A stretch of DNA of 64,000 nt from an uncultured Aliarcobacter sp. (lineage in GTDB: Bacteria > Campylobacterota > Campylobacteria > Campylobacterales > Arcobacteraceae). The stretch is from assembly GCA_963664305.2 (NCBI GenBank), contig CAXXLV010000001.1, positions 96,001 through 160,000 of the forward strand, written 5' to 3'. Below the pieces are notes generated by a model that was given only the letters and a program-made list of their open reading frames with translations, made no database searches and had not been told where the DNA came from. A program made the translations under genes and the position numbers. Below, piece after piece: positions 31,178-41,921 of this stretch (its first letter is position 1; each line of letters begins with the position of its first letter).

Positions 31178-31911
31178 TTATCAATAAATAACTTTTTATA
31201 AATAATGTCAAAGTTTTGAATTGGAATAAGATTAAAATCACTTTCCTTTTCATTTGACCAAAATAGATATTTATTTCTAAATTTATTGTGACTACTTATA
31301 AAAAATATGTTAAATGCAGTAGCTATTACATTGTTAGTTTTTTTATCAATAAATTTATACTGATATTTTCCATATATTTTTGGCAAAAATGTATCAACTA
31401 ATGTTTTTGTTATCTCATATTTTGGACTTTGTTCCTCGACTTTTACATTTTCACTATTATATGTATTTAAATAAACTCTTTGAGTATTATAAATATATCT
31501 ATTAAATTTATATGCATAAGTTGAAATATCTATAAACTTCTCAACATAATCCTTATGAAGATTTATTATTTCATTTATTTCGCCATCTGTAATATTTGTT
31601 GAATATTTTAAAGGATAAACATAAACACCTATCATAGATAAGCTTTCAACTTTTAAGTTTTCATTTTTAACAGGTTTTGAATATATTTTTGAATCCATTT
31701 GAGTTAATGAATAAAAATTTTTAACACTATATTTTATAAAAATATCATAATAAGCAAAACTCAAAAGAGTAATTAGCAAAACAAAAAATAGTATAACACT
31801 TTTTAAAATTCTAGATAATATAAAACTAATAAAGAAACAAAAAGAGATAAATGATAAATTTGATAAAATAAATAAAATATTCTCAGGAACAACTAACTCA
31901 AAAGACGGCAT
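31174..31911 (-). CDS. Hypothetical membrane protein (2 N-terminal TM)
   Basis: 245-aa ORF with an AGGAG SD and a hydrophobic N-terminus. Confidence 0.7.
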   Translation of the reverse strand: MPSFELVVPENILFILSNLSFISFCFFISFILSRILKSVILFFVLLITLLSFAYYDIFIKYSVKNFYSLTQMDSKIYSKPVKNENLKVESLSMIGVYVYPLKYSTNITDGEINEIINLHKDYVEKFIDISTYAYKFNRYIYNTQRVYLNTYNSENVKVEEQSPKYEITKTLVDTFLPKIYGKYQYKFIDKKTNNVIATAFNIFFISSHNKFRNKYLFWSNEKESDFNLIPIQNFDIIYKKLFIDN

Positions 31912-31919
31912 CTATCTCC

Positions 31920-32456
31920 TTAATTTAATAAATATGGTAAATCTCTTTTTAATGATTCTAATAAATCTTCATTTAAAAAGAATTTTGAATATCTTGTTTC
32001 TGGATTTTTATAACAAAATGCACAAACATATCTATTTTTCTTTATTAACTCAACACTATCACCTAAATTTTTTCTCAATGATGGATTGTTTTCATAATAA
32101 TCATACATAGCTTCTAGATTATTTGCTATATCATTATCTTTGATAAATACCACACTGTCTTGCATAAATTCAATAACATTATCTTCATCACTTACTATAT
32201 TTAAAAATGCTTCTTTTACATCTTCAAATCTCATATCAAATTTTGCACCAACTAAAAGTACTTCTTGTAAATTTGTTATATCATTTTTTTGAAAATAGTA
32301 TTGTAATAAAAGATTTAAATAGTGTTCTTGTACATCACTATCATAATCTTCTAAAACTTTAAAAATCTCATTTGCATCATTTATTTTGCCATTTTCTATT
32401 ACACTATTGTGTAAAACACCTATTTGTCCAATAATCTCATGTAATCTATCACTCAT
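31920..32456 (-). CDS. Hypothetical protein
   Basis: 178-aa ORF with an AAGGGA SD; one CAFC motif; function not recognised. Confidence 0.7.
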   Translation of the reverse strand: MSDRLHEIIGQIGVLHNSVIENGKINDANEIFKVLEDYDSDVQEHYLNLLLQYYFQKNDITNLQEVLLVGAKFDMRFEDVKEAFLNIVSDEDNVIEFMQDSVVFIKDNDIANNLEAMYDYYENNPSLRKNLGDSVELIKKNRYVCAFCYKNPETRYSKFFLNEDLLESLKRDLPYLLN

Positions 32457-32571
32457 AGATTCCCTTTTGTAATTTTATATATTGTATCCAAAATAGATTT
32501 TAATATTATTATAAAATATGCTATCATAAGTAATTAAATAATTAAATTACAAATTAAAACAAGAAAATCAA

Positions 32572-35500
32572 ATGCAAAAATTAATGAAACTACTATTTTT
32601 ATCTATCCTATTTTTAACTTCAACACTTCATGCTCAATTAGAAAAAGTATCTTTACAACTAGAATGGAAACATCAATTTGAATTTGCAGGATTTTATACG
32701 GCATTAGAAAAAGGTTACTATAAAGATATTGGATTAGATGTAGAGATAAAAGAGTTTCAAGATGGAATAAATATAAGTCAAGATGTACTTGATGGAAAAT
32801 CTACTTTTGGGATTTCCTCTTCTGCTTTGATTTTAGAAAAATTAAAAAATAAACCTGTTGTTTTAATTGCTTCTTATTTTAAACAAAATGCTTTAGCAAT
32901 AGTTACAAAACCAGATATAAAAACTCCAGCTGATTTAAAAAACAAAAAAATCATGGCTTTAGATTGGGAAATGGGACATACAAGTTTAGGAGTTATGTTA
33001 AAAGATTATGAAATCTCTTCTGATGATTATACTTTAATACCTCATGATTTTAAAATTGATAAATTTATAAACAATGAAGTTGATGCTATGAGTATTTTCA
33101 TAACTTCTCAACCTTTTGAATTAGATAAATTAGGAATTGAATACAATATTCTAAATCCTGCAAATTTTGGTATTTATTCTTATGATGTTGAACTTTTTAC
33201 AAGTGAAAATATAATAAATAAAAATCCAAAATTAGTTGAAAACTTTGTCGAAGCAACAAATAAAGGTTGGGAATACGCCTTTAAAAATAAAGAAGAGATT
33301 GTTGATTTGATTTATAACAAATATACTAAAAGAAAAACAAAAGAATCTTTATTATTTGAAGCTAATAAAACAGAAGAAATATTTAAAACAAATATATTTA
33401 AAATAGGTGCTGTTGCTCCTGAACTTATAAAATTAAATGCTGATTTATATACAAGATTAGGTTTAGTTGATAAAAATTTCAATATTACTTCTCTTTTAAA
33501 TTCTTATTATATTTTAAATAAAAATAAAGATTTAATATCTTTTACTGAGGAAGAAAAAGCTTACTTACAAACTTATCCAACAATAAAAGTTCACAATGAA
33601 ATGAATTGGCCACCTTTTAATTATAATATAATTGGAACACCAACTGGATTTTCAATTGATTATATGAATCTTTTAGCTTCTAAATTAAAAATAAATGTTG
33701 AATATATTTCTGGTTTTACTTGGAATGAATACATTGAAAAATTAAAAAAACAAGAAATTGACGTCATGTTAAATATGGCGAAAACAAAAGATAGAGAAAA
33801 AGATTTTATATTTACAACAAATTATGCAAAAGCAATAGATACTATTTTTACTAAAAAAAATAGCAATTTAAAAAAGATTGAAGATTTTGAAGGAAAAACA
33901 CTTGCAGTTATAAAAGGTTTTTATGAAGAAGAACTTTTAAAAAGATATTATCCAAATATAAAACTATTACTTGTAAATGATTCAATTGAGGCGTTAGAAA
34001 AAGTTGCTTTTGGTGAAGCTGATGGTTCAATTGATAATTTTGCAGTTGGTAATTATCATATAGAAAATCGTCATATTTCAAATTTAAAACCTGCTTTTTC
34101 TATAAATGACGAAAGATTTAATTTGGATATGTTTATTGCAACAAATAAAAACAATGAAATATTAAGAAATATTTTAGAAAAAGGTAAAGAAAAAATAAGT
34201 GAAGAAGAACTTTTAGAATTAAAAAGAAAATGGATTAATCCTAAAGAAAATGACAAAAACTCAACTGTTTATTTAAATCAAGAAGAAAAAGCTTATCTAA
34301 ATAATAAAAAAGTAATTACAATGTGTGTTGACCCAGATTGGGAACCTTTTGAAAGAATCAATAAAAAAGGTGAACATGAAGGAATTGCAGCTGATATTAT
34401 AAAAATCATCTCTGAAAAACTAAACATTGAATTTAAATTAATTCCGACAAAAAATTGGGAAGAGAGTATAAAATTCTCTCAAGATAAAAAATGTGATATT
34501 ATGAGTTTTTTAAATGAAACACCAAAAAGAAAAGAGTGGCTAGATTTTACTGAACCAATTTTTGAAGACCCAAACGTAATCGTTGGAAGGCTTGAGAATG
34601 ATGATATAAAAGATTTATCAAAGATAAAAGCCTCTATTGCTTTACCAAAGGGTACAGCAATGTCAGAATTATTTGCAAAAGATTTTCCAAATTTAGTAAT
34701 AGTTCCAACAGATTCTGAAGATGAAGCTTTTAAATTAGTTGAGAATAAAAAAGCTGATTTAACTATGCGTTCATTGATTATTACTGCATATACAATTAAA
34801 AAAGACAATCTATTTAATCTTAAAATTGTTAATCAACCAAAAGGTTATGAAAATTACTTAAGAATTGGTGTAGAAAAAAACAACTCTACTCTTTTAAGTA
34901 TTTTAAATAAAGTAATTTCAAATTTAGATAAAAAAGATATTGAAAATATCGTAACTAAATGGGTTGTAATAAAATATGAAAAAGTTGAAGACTATACATA
35001 TTTTTGGATACTTTTAATTATCATTTCTATTCTATCTATTTTCTTTTTATATAGACAATATTTACTAAAACATACAAATAAATATTTACAAGCTGAAATT
35101 ATAAAAAGAACTCAACAACTAGAAGATTCAAATCAAATCTTAGCAGAGAAAAAAGATGAACTTTATAATCTAAACCAAAATCTTGAAATTAGAGTTAAAG
35201 AAGAAGTAGAAAAAAATAAATTGATTCAAGAAAAACTTTTTAAATCTGATAAATTGGCTTCAATGGGAGAAATGATAAGTAATATTGCTCATCAATGGAG
35301 ACAACCTTTATCAATCATATCTACAATAGCAACTGGAGTAAAACTACAAAAAGAGTTAAACTTGCTTAATGATCAAGATTTATTAAAAGATATGGAGTTA
35401 ATAAATAAAAATGCACAATATTTATCTGAAACAATAGATGATTTCAGAAATTTTATAAAAGGTGATAGAAAAATTCAACTTTATAATCTTAGTGATACAA

Positions 35501-35958
35501 TTAATCAATTTCTTCATATTATTGATGCTTCTATAAAGAATTCAAATATAAATTTAGTTATAAATCTAAAGAAAAATATTTTAATTGAAGGTTATCCTAA
35601 TGAACTAATTCAATGTCTAATTAATATTTTCAATAATTCAAAAGATGCGTTTTATGAAATAAAACAAAGTAATCCACTTTTTTTCATAGAAACAAAAGAG
35701 GAAAATGGTTTTGCTATAATAAATTTAAAAGATAATGGTGGTGGAATTGAAGAAAACATCATCTCAAAAATTTATGACCCATATTTTACAACTAAACACA
35801 AATCGCAAGGTACAGGACTTGGTTTAAATATGACTTATAAATTAATAACAGAAAGTGCTCATGGAAAAATTGATGCATCAAATGTTACTTATAAATTTGA
35901 AAATAATACCTATAAAGGTGTAGAGTTTAAAATCACTCTGGAAATTAAAAAAAATTAA
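32572..35958 (+). CDS. Sensor histidine kinase with an NMT1/THI5-like domain and two SBP_bac_3 periplasmic domains
   Basis: LQLEWKHQFEFAGFY (NMT1-like); NWPPFNY..GFSIDY and DPDWEPFE..GIAAD (PBP domains); TM; IAHQWRQPL; DNGGG; GTGLGL. Confidence 0.92.
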   Translation: MQKLMKLLFLSILFLTSTLHAQLEKVSLQLEWKHQFEFAGFYTALEKGYYKDIGLDVEIKEFQDGINISQDVLDGKSTFGISSSALILEKLKNKPVVLIASYFKQNALAIVTKPDIKTPADLKNKKIMALDWEMGHTSLGVMLKDYEISSDDYTLIPHDFKIDKFINNEVDAMSIFITSQPFELDKLGIEYNILNPANFGIYSYDVELFTSENIINKNPKLVENFVEATNKGWEYAFKNKEEIVDLIYNKYTKRKTKESLLFEANKTEEIFKTNIFKIGAVAPELIKLNADLYTRLGLVDKNFNITSLLNSYYILNKNKDLISFTEEEKAYLQTYPTIKVHNEMNWPPFNYNIIGTPTGFSIDYMNLLASKLKINVEYISGFTWNEYIEKLKKQEIDVMLNMAKTKDREKDFIFTTNYAKAIDTIFTKKNSNLKKIEDFEGKTLAVIKGFYEEELLKRYYPNIKLLLVNDSIEALEKVAFGEADGSIDNFAVGNYHIENRHISNLKPAFSINDERFNLDMFIATNKNNEILRNILEKGKEKISEEELLELKRKWINPKENDKNSTVYLNQEEKAYLNNKKVITMCVDPDWEPFERINKKGEHEGIAADIIKIISEKLNIEFKLIPTKNWEESIKFSQDKKCDIMSFLNETPKRKEWLDFTEPIFEDPNVIVGRLENDDIKDLSKIKASIALPKGTAMSELFAKDFPNLVIVPTDSEDEAFKLVENKKADLTMRSLIITAYTIKKDNLFNLKIVNQPKGYENYLRIGVEKNNSTLLSILNKVISNLDKKDIENIVTKWVVIKYEKVEDYTYFWILLIIISILSIFFLYRQYLLKHTNKYLQAEIIKRTQQLEDSNQILAEKKDELYNLNQNLEIRVKEEVEKNKLIQEKLFKSDKLASMGEMISNIAHQWRQPLSIISTIATGVKLQKELNLLNDQDLLKDMELINKNAQYLSETIDDFRNFIKGDRKIQLYNLSDTINQFLHIIDASIKNSNINLVINLKKNILIEGYPNELIQCLINIFNNSKDAFYEIKQSNPLFFIETKEENGFAIINLKDNGGGIEENIISKIYDPYFTTKHKSQGTGLGLNMTYKLITESAHGKIDASNVTYKFENNTYKGVEFKITLEIKKN

Positions 35959-35977
35959 ATATTTTAGGAATTAACTA

Positions 35978-36661
35978 ATGAATTTTTCTAAACAAAATCT
36001 TTTAATCATTGAAGATGAAAAAGATACTTTAGAGCTTATGATAGAGATATTTGAATCAAAATTCTCTTTAGTTTATAGTGCTAGTGATGGATATAATGCA
36101 ATTGAAGTTTTTAGAAAAAACCATATTAATGCTATTTTATGTGATATAAATATTCCTAAATTAAATGGATTAGATTTTATAACAAAAATAAGAGAGATTA
36201 ACTATCTAATCCCTATTATTATAATTTCAGCCTATTCAGATACAAAAATTCTATTACAAGCAAGTAATTGTAATATTCAAGGTTACATTACAAAACCCTT
36301 AACTTCAGATGATGTAGCTACCATTTTTAAAAAAATTTATTATCATCAGAACCATGAATTTATAGATAAATTAATTCAATTAAGTGAGACTGTAAGCTTT
36401 GATTTAATCAATTCACAAATTATAAAAGATAACAAAATTATAAAACTCACAAATAAAGAGACTGGATTTTTAAAATTACTATTACAAAAAAAAGGACAAT
36501 TAGTTCCTTATAAAACTATTGAAGAAATTATTTGGTACGATGAAAATAAATTGATGTCAAGTACAAGTTTACGTACACTTGTGAAAAACATAAGAAAAAA
36601 ACTTTCAGAAGATATTATTGAAAATGTCCCAAAAATGGGTTATAGATTAAATATTATTTAA
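35978..36661 (+). CDS. OmpR-family response regulator
   Basis: IIEDE, LCDINIP, YITKP; winged-helix C-terminus IRKKL..NVPKMGYRL. Confidence 0.92.
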   Translation: MNFSKQNLLIIEDEKDTLELMIEIFESKFSLVYSASDGYNAIEVFRKNHINAILCDINIPKLNGLDFITKIREINYLIPIIIISAYSDTKILLQASNCNIQGYITKPLTSDDVATIFKKIYYHQNHEFIDKLIQLSETVSFDLINSQIIKDNKIIKLTNKETGFLKLLLQKKGQLVPYKTIEEIIWYDENKLMSSTSLRTLVKNIRKKLSEDIIENVPKMGYRLNII

Positions 36662-36693
36662 ATTAATATTTAAAAACTTTCAAGGTTTCTAAA

Positions 36694-37884
36694 ATGCAAA
36701 AAGCAGAAAATGCAAAAATCAAATCTATTGAAAAAAATGATTCTTTAAGAGCCATTTTAGATAGTTCACTCGATGGAATAATGGCATTTGAAAGTTATTA
36801 TGATGAAAATGGTCAAATCATTGACTTTATATTTACACTTGCAAACAAAGAAGCTTGTAATATTATTAATATGAAAGAAGAAGATTTACTTGGAAAACCT
36901 CTATCAAAAACTCTTTCAGGTAATTTTATACCTTTAGCTTCACTAAATAATCAAACACTTTTTGAAAATTATAAAGAAGTTGTTTTAACTGGAAAATCTA
37001 AAACATTAGAGTTTTATTTTGATAATAATGGAATAAAAGATTGGTTTAAAAATAAATCTGTGAAATTAAATGATGGTTTCGTATGTACTTTTGCAATTGT
37101 TACAAAAGAGAAATACTTTCAAGAAAAATTAAAAGAAGAAGTAGAAACACAAATACAAAAACAAACTAAACAAGAACAAATTATTATCCAACAATCCAAA
37201 ATGGCTGCACTAGGAGAGATGATAGGAGCAATTGCACATAATTGGAGACAACCACTAAATACAGTATCTCTTTTAACTGTTACTATTACTGAAAAATTAA
37301 AAGCTATTAAACTTTCAAAAGAGCAAAAAGAGTATTTTGAAAGATGGGTTGCAAAAGTAAATAAACAATTAAAATTTATGTCTCAAACAATCGATGATTT
37401 TAAAAATTTTTATAAACCAAATGAGAACTATAAAGAAATAGAATTAAAGAATGTTATAAAAAAACTTGTGTCATTAATTGAGCTCCAATTTAATATTTAT
37501 GATATAAAAATAAAAATTGATATCCCAAATGATATTTCATTTATTTGTTTAGAAAACCAATTACTACAAGCTCTACTAAATATACTATTAAATTCAAAAG
37601 ATGCAATTTTAAGTAATAGTATTGAAAATGGACAAGTAATTATTAGTGCAAAAAAACAAGATTCTTTTATCTGTCTTCATATAAAAGATAATGGAGGAGG
37701 AATAAAAGACAATTCTATACTAGAAAGAATATTTGAACCATATTTCACAACAAAAACTCATGATAATGGAACAGGAATTGGTTTATATATGACTAAAATT
37801 ATTATTGAGCAAAATCTTGGAGGTTCAATAGAAGTACAAAATATAGAAGAAGGTCTAGAATTTATAATCTGCTTACCTTTATAA
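36694..37884 (+). CDS. Cytoplasmic PAS-domain histidine kinase
   Basis: AILDSSLDGI..DF...AN PAS-like N-terminus, no TM, IAHNWRQPL, DNGGG, GTGIGL. Confidence 0.9.
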   Translation: MQKAENAKIKSIEKNDSLRAILDSSLDGIMAFESYYDENGQIIDFIFTLANKEACNIINMKEEDLLGKPLSKTLSGNFIPLASLNNQTLFENYKEVVLTGKSKTLEFYFDNNGIKDWFKNKSVKLNDGFVCTFAIVTKEKYFQEKLKEEVETQIQKQTKQEQIIIQQSKMAALGEMIGAIAHNWRQPLNTVSLLTVTITEKLKAIKLSKEQKEYFERWVAKVNKQLKFMSQTIDDFKNFYKPNENYKEIELKNVIKKLVSLIELQFNIYDIKIKIDIPNDISFICLENQLLQALLNILLNSKDAILSNSIENGQVIISAKKQDSFICLHIKDNGGGIKDNSILERIFEPYFTTKTHDNGTGIGLYMTKIIIEQNLGGSIEVQNIEEGLEFIICLPL

Positions 37885-38066
37885 TTTAATTATTAAACAA
37901 TAAAAAAATTATTTTCTTAAAAACTCACAAAAAAACCACACTTTTTATATACAATAATCCTTCGTTAAATTATGAAAAAGAGTTAATATTACAAATTAAC
38001 ATTTTATAGCTACTAAAAAACTTTTTCATGAGTTATTATCTTAGATTATTAAAAAAAGGGAGTTTT

Positions 38067-39302
38067 ATGTTCGGAGCAATTTCAAATAAAGAGTTAGAAC
38101 TAATTGATAACTATTTTAAACAATTTATCAAATTTATCTCTTATGAAAAAAGTGAATTTGATTATATAGAATCAACAGGAAACAAAAAACTTGATGATAT
38201 TTTAAGAAAATGGAATGAAGAAATAAAAGTCTTTGATAAAAGAAACAAAGATGATATGAGAGTTTTAGGAGAAATTGTATTAACTGCTGATAAAGTAGAA
38301 CAAGGTTTATTTAACTGTAGAATAAAATCAGAGAGTTCAAATCCAACAATTTCTACATTAAAAAACACTCTTAATAAAATGCTTGCAAGTATAAATGACT
38401 CAAATTCAAGAATTTTAAGAGTAATTAATAGCTACACAAATAATGATTTTACTGATAACATAAAAGTTATAGATAAATACAAAGATGATATGAAATTATT
38501 AATGGAAAATATTAATAAATTGGGTAAAGCTTTAGAAGTTAATGCAAGAAATAATTTTGAAAATGGTGAAACATTACAACGCAACTCTTCAATTATGACA
38601 TCATCTATGAATAATTTAGCCTCAAAAGCAAATGAACAAGCAGCTTCTTTAGAACAAACAGCAGCAGCAGTTGAAGAAATAACAAGTATTACAAGAAATA
38701 ATGCTGAGAATGCTTCTAAAATGGCTGCATTAGGACAAATAGTAAGAAAATCTGTTTCTACGGGTGAACAATTAGCAAGTAAAACTGCTATCTCAATGGA
38801 TGAAATAAATGAAAAAGTAAAAGCAATAAATGAAGCTATAACAGTGATTGACCAAATTGCTTTTCAAACGAATATTTTATCTTTAAATGCTGCCGTAGAA
38901 GCTGCAACTGCTGGAGAAGCTGGAAAAGGATTTGCAGTTGTTGCGCAAGAAGTAAGAAATCTAGCAAGTAGAAGTGCTGAAGCAGCTAAAGAGATAAAAA
39001 ATCTAGTTGAAGAAGCAACATCAAAAGCAAATGATGGAAAAACTGTTTCAGGAGATATGATAGAAGGTTATAAAGAATTAAATAAAAATATTTCTGAAAC
39101 AATTCATATTATTGAAGATGTATCAAAAGCTTCAAAAGAACAAATGACTGGAATTGAACAAATAAATGATGCTGTAAATATGTTAGATAGAGTTACTCAA
39201 GAAAATGCATCTGAATCAAATCAAGTAAAATCAATTGCACAAGATGTATCACAATTAGCAAATGAATTATTAGCAGATGCAAAAACTAAAAAGTTTAACT
39301 AA
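38067..39302 (+). CDS. Soluble methyl-accepting chemotaxis protein
   Basis: [37 protein letters not shown] hairpin tip; no clear TM; start placed at ATG 38067 after a GGGAG SD. Confidence 0.92.
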   Translation: MFGAISNKELELIDNYFKQFIKFISYEKSEFDYIESTGNKKLDDILRKWNEEIKVFDKRNKDDMRVLGEIVLTADKVEQGLFNCRIKSESSNPTISTLKNTLNKMLASINDSNSRILRVINSYTNNDFTDNIKVIDKYKDDMKLLMENINKLGKALEVNARNNFENGETLQRNSSIMTSSMNNLASKANEQAASLEQTAAAVEEITSITRNNAENASKMAALGQIVRKSVSTGEQLASKTAISMDEINEKVKAINEAITVIDQIAFQTNILSLNAAVEAATAGEAGKGFAVVAQEVRNLASRSAEAAKEIKNLVEEATSKANDGKTVSGDMIEGYKELNKNISETIHIIEDVSKASKEQMTGIEQINDAVNMLDRVTQENASESNQVKSIAQDVSQLANELLADAKTKKFN

Positions 39303-39313
39303 AGGGATTTAAA

Positions 39314-39712
39314 ATGGCAAATGATAAAGAAACGGTTTTAGATAAAAATGCATTTTTAGTAAGTGAAACAGATGTTAAAGGTATAATAAGATTTGCAAAT
39401 GAGGATTTTTGTAAAGTTGCAGAATATTCTTTAGATGAATTATTGGGAAAGCCTCATAGTATGGTAAGACATAAAGATATGCCAAAAAAAGCATTTAAAT
39501 CTTTATGGGATACTGTTCAAAGAGGAGAAATTTGGACAGGTTATGTAAAAAATGCAACAAAATCTGGAGGATATTATTGGGTTTTTGCAACAGTTTATCC
39601 ATTTGAGAGTTGTGATGGAACAAAAGGATATTTATCTTGTAGAAGAAAACCAACAAGAGAAGAAATAGAAAAAGCTGAAAAACTTTATAGGGAATGGAAC
39701 TCAGAACATTAA
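39314..39712 (+). CDS. Stand-alone PAS protein (Aer/CetB-like)
   Basis: LVSETDVKGII.FAN..F....YS..EL.GKPHSMVRHKDMP..F..LW.....W.G.VKN..KSG.YYWV.A. Confidence 0.9.
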   Translation: MANDKETVLDKNAFLVSETDVKGIIRFANEDFCKVAEYSLDELLGKPHSMVRHKDMPKKAFKSLWDTVQRGEIWTGYVKNATKSGGYYWVFATVYPFESCDGTKGYLSCRRKPTREEIEKAEKLYREWNSEH

Positions 39713-39713
39713 T

Positions 39714-41906
39714 ATGAGTAATCTCAATTGTCTTAGTAAATTTAATTTTATCCCTAGTGATTACAATATTTTAATTGTTGAAGATTCAACTTCAATGATT
39801 AAAATCATAAACAACGTTTTTATAACTCAAGGTTTTAACACTTTTTTAAGTTCAACAATAAAAGAGGCAAAAGAGATAATCAATAAAAACAAGATTGATT
39901 ATATAATCTTAGATATGAATCTCCCTGATGGTCATGGTTATGAAATAATACAACATGTATCAACATCAATTAAAATCATTGTTTTAACTTCAATAACTGA
40001 TTCTCAAGTAAAAGAGGTTTCCTATCGAAAAGGTGTTATTGATTTTATAAATAAAGATAAAAACTTTTTATATAAAATATCTGAAATACCTACTTTGATA
40101 AAACAAATAGAAAAGAATAAATCAAAAACTATTTTAATAATTGAAGATTCATTTGTAGTTAGAGAACAATTAAAAGATATATTAATTAACAGAAATTACA
40201 ATATTTTAGAAGCAAAAGATGAAAATCAAGCATTCGCAACTCTTGGTTCAAATAAGATTGATTTAATTTTATTAGATTTAGAACTAGAAAAATCAAATGG
40301 TTATGATTTTTTAATAAAAAATAAAAAATTAATTCTTGAACAATTAAATATAAAAGTAGTGATTATTACAGGAAATATTTCATCAAATCTTATAAGAGAC
40401 TCTTTTAGATTAGGTGTAAAAGAGATTATCAAAAAACCTTTTTCTATAGAAGAACTTATTTTAAAAACAGATATGTTCATAAATGAAAAAGATGTTGAAG
40501 ATGAAATGATTTGCTCAAAAAGACTTCTTGAACAATATAAAAATACAGTTGATAGAAGTTCAATAGTTTCAAAAACCGATGCAAAAGGAATTATTACTTA
40601 TGTAAACGAAGCTTTCTGTAAAATTTCTGGTTATAAAGAAGAAGAATTGATTGGAAAATCTCACAATATTGTTAGACATCCAGATATGAATTTTTCAACA
40701 TTTAAAGAGATTTGGAAAACAATAAAAGATGAAAAGAAACCTTGGACTGGAAAAATAAAAAATAGGAAAAAAGATGGTAGTACATATTGGGTACAAACTA
40801 TTATAAATCCTATTTTAGATGAAAAGAACAATGTTATTGAATATATTGGAATTAGGACAGATATAACTGAAATTGAAGAGACTAAAAGATACCTAAAAAA
40901 TCAATATAATATTTCTCAAAATAATTTTAATGAAATAAGAAACCTTTCTAAATTATATGAAAATGCAATTGAAGAAAGTAATATAATTCTTAGAGTAAAT
41001 ACAGATAAAATTATCACTTATGCAAACGAACAATTTTATAAAATAAGTGGTTACACAAAAGAAGAGTTAATTGGAAAACCTTATGACTATTTAGATAGTG
41101 TTATTTTATTTGAGAATAAAGAAGAGGATTCTTTATGGGAAACGTTAAAAAATAAAAAAATTTGGAAAGGACAAATAAGTAATATATTTAAAGGTAATAA
41201 AATTCATCATTTCTTAGCTACTGTTGTTCCTATTATAAATCTAAATGGAAAAATATTAGAATACATGAGTATTAGAAAAGAAATTACTGAAGTTATTGAA
41301 TTACATAAAGAAATTGAAAATACACAAAGAGAAATCATCTACAAAATGGGAGAAATTGCTGAAAGTAGAAGTAATGAAACAGGAAATCATGTAAGAAGAG
41401 TTGCAGAGTATTCAAAACTTCTTGCAAAATTATATGGTTTAGAAGATAAAGAGTGTGATATTTTATTTACAGCTAGCCCAATGCACGATATTGGAAAAGT
41501 TGCGATTCCCGATTCAATATTAAATAAACCAGGAAAACTAACTGAAGATGAATGGAAAATTATGAGAAAACATACTGTTGTTGGCTATAATATTTTAAAA
41601 AACTCAAAGAGAGAAATTTTAAAAGCAGCAGCAATAGTTGCACGTGACCATCATGAAAAATGGGATGGGACAGGATATCCACAAAAAATAAAAGAAGAAG
41701 AAATTCATATTTATGGAAGAATTACCGCAATTGCTGATGTTTTTGATGCTTTAGGAAGTAATAGATGTTATAAAAAAGCTTGGGTAGATGAAGATATATT
41801 CAAACTTTTTAAAAAAGAAAAAGGAAAACATTTTGATCCTAAACTAGTTGATTTATTTTTTGAAAATATCGACAAATTTAAACAAATTAGAGATAAATAT
41901 AAATAA
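39714..41906 (+). CDS. REC-REC-PAS-PAS-HD-GYP cyclic-di-GMP phosphodiesterase
   Basis: Two receiver domains (LDMNLPD, LDLEL), two PAS domains (HNIVRHPD), MHDIGK, HHEKWDGTGYP, ADVFDAL. Confidence 0.93.
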   Translation: MSNLNCLSKFNFIPSDYNILIVEDSTSMIKIINNVFITQGFNTFLSSTIKEAKEIINKNKIDYIILDMNLPDGHGYEIIQHVSTSIKIIVLTSITDSQVKEVSYRKGVIDFINKDKNFLYKISEIPTLIKQIEKNKSKTILIIEDSFVVREQLKDILINRNYNILEAKDENQAFATLGSNKIDLILLDLELEKSNGYDFLIKNKKLILEQLNIKVVIITGNISSNLIRDSFRLGVKEIIKKPFSIEELILKTDMFINEKDVEDEMICSKRLLEQYKNTVDRSSIVSKTDAKGIITYVNEAFCKISGYKEEELIGKSHNIVRHPDMNFSTFKEIWKTIKDEKKPWTGKIKNRKKDGSTYWVQTIINPILDEKNNVIEYIGIRTDITEIEETKRYLKNQYNISQNNFNEIRNLSKLYENAIEESNIILRVNTDKIITYANEQFYKISGYTKEELIGKPYDYLDSVILFENKEEDSLWETLKNKKIWKGQISNIFKGNKIHHFLATVVPIINLNGKILEYMSIRKEITEVIELHKEIENTQREIIYKMGEIAESRSNETGNHVRRVAEYSKLLAKLYGLEDKECDILFTASPMHDIGKVAIPDSILNKPGKLTEDEWKIMRKHTVVGYNILKNSKREILKAAAIVARDHHEKWDGTGYPQKIKEEEIHIYGRITAIADVFDALGSNRCYKKAWVDEDIFKLFKKEKGKHFDPKLVDLFFENIDKFKQIRDKYK

Positions 41907-41921
41907 CAAATAGGATTTTTC

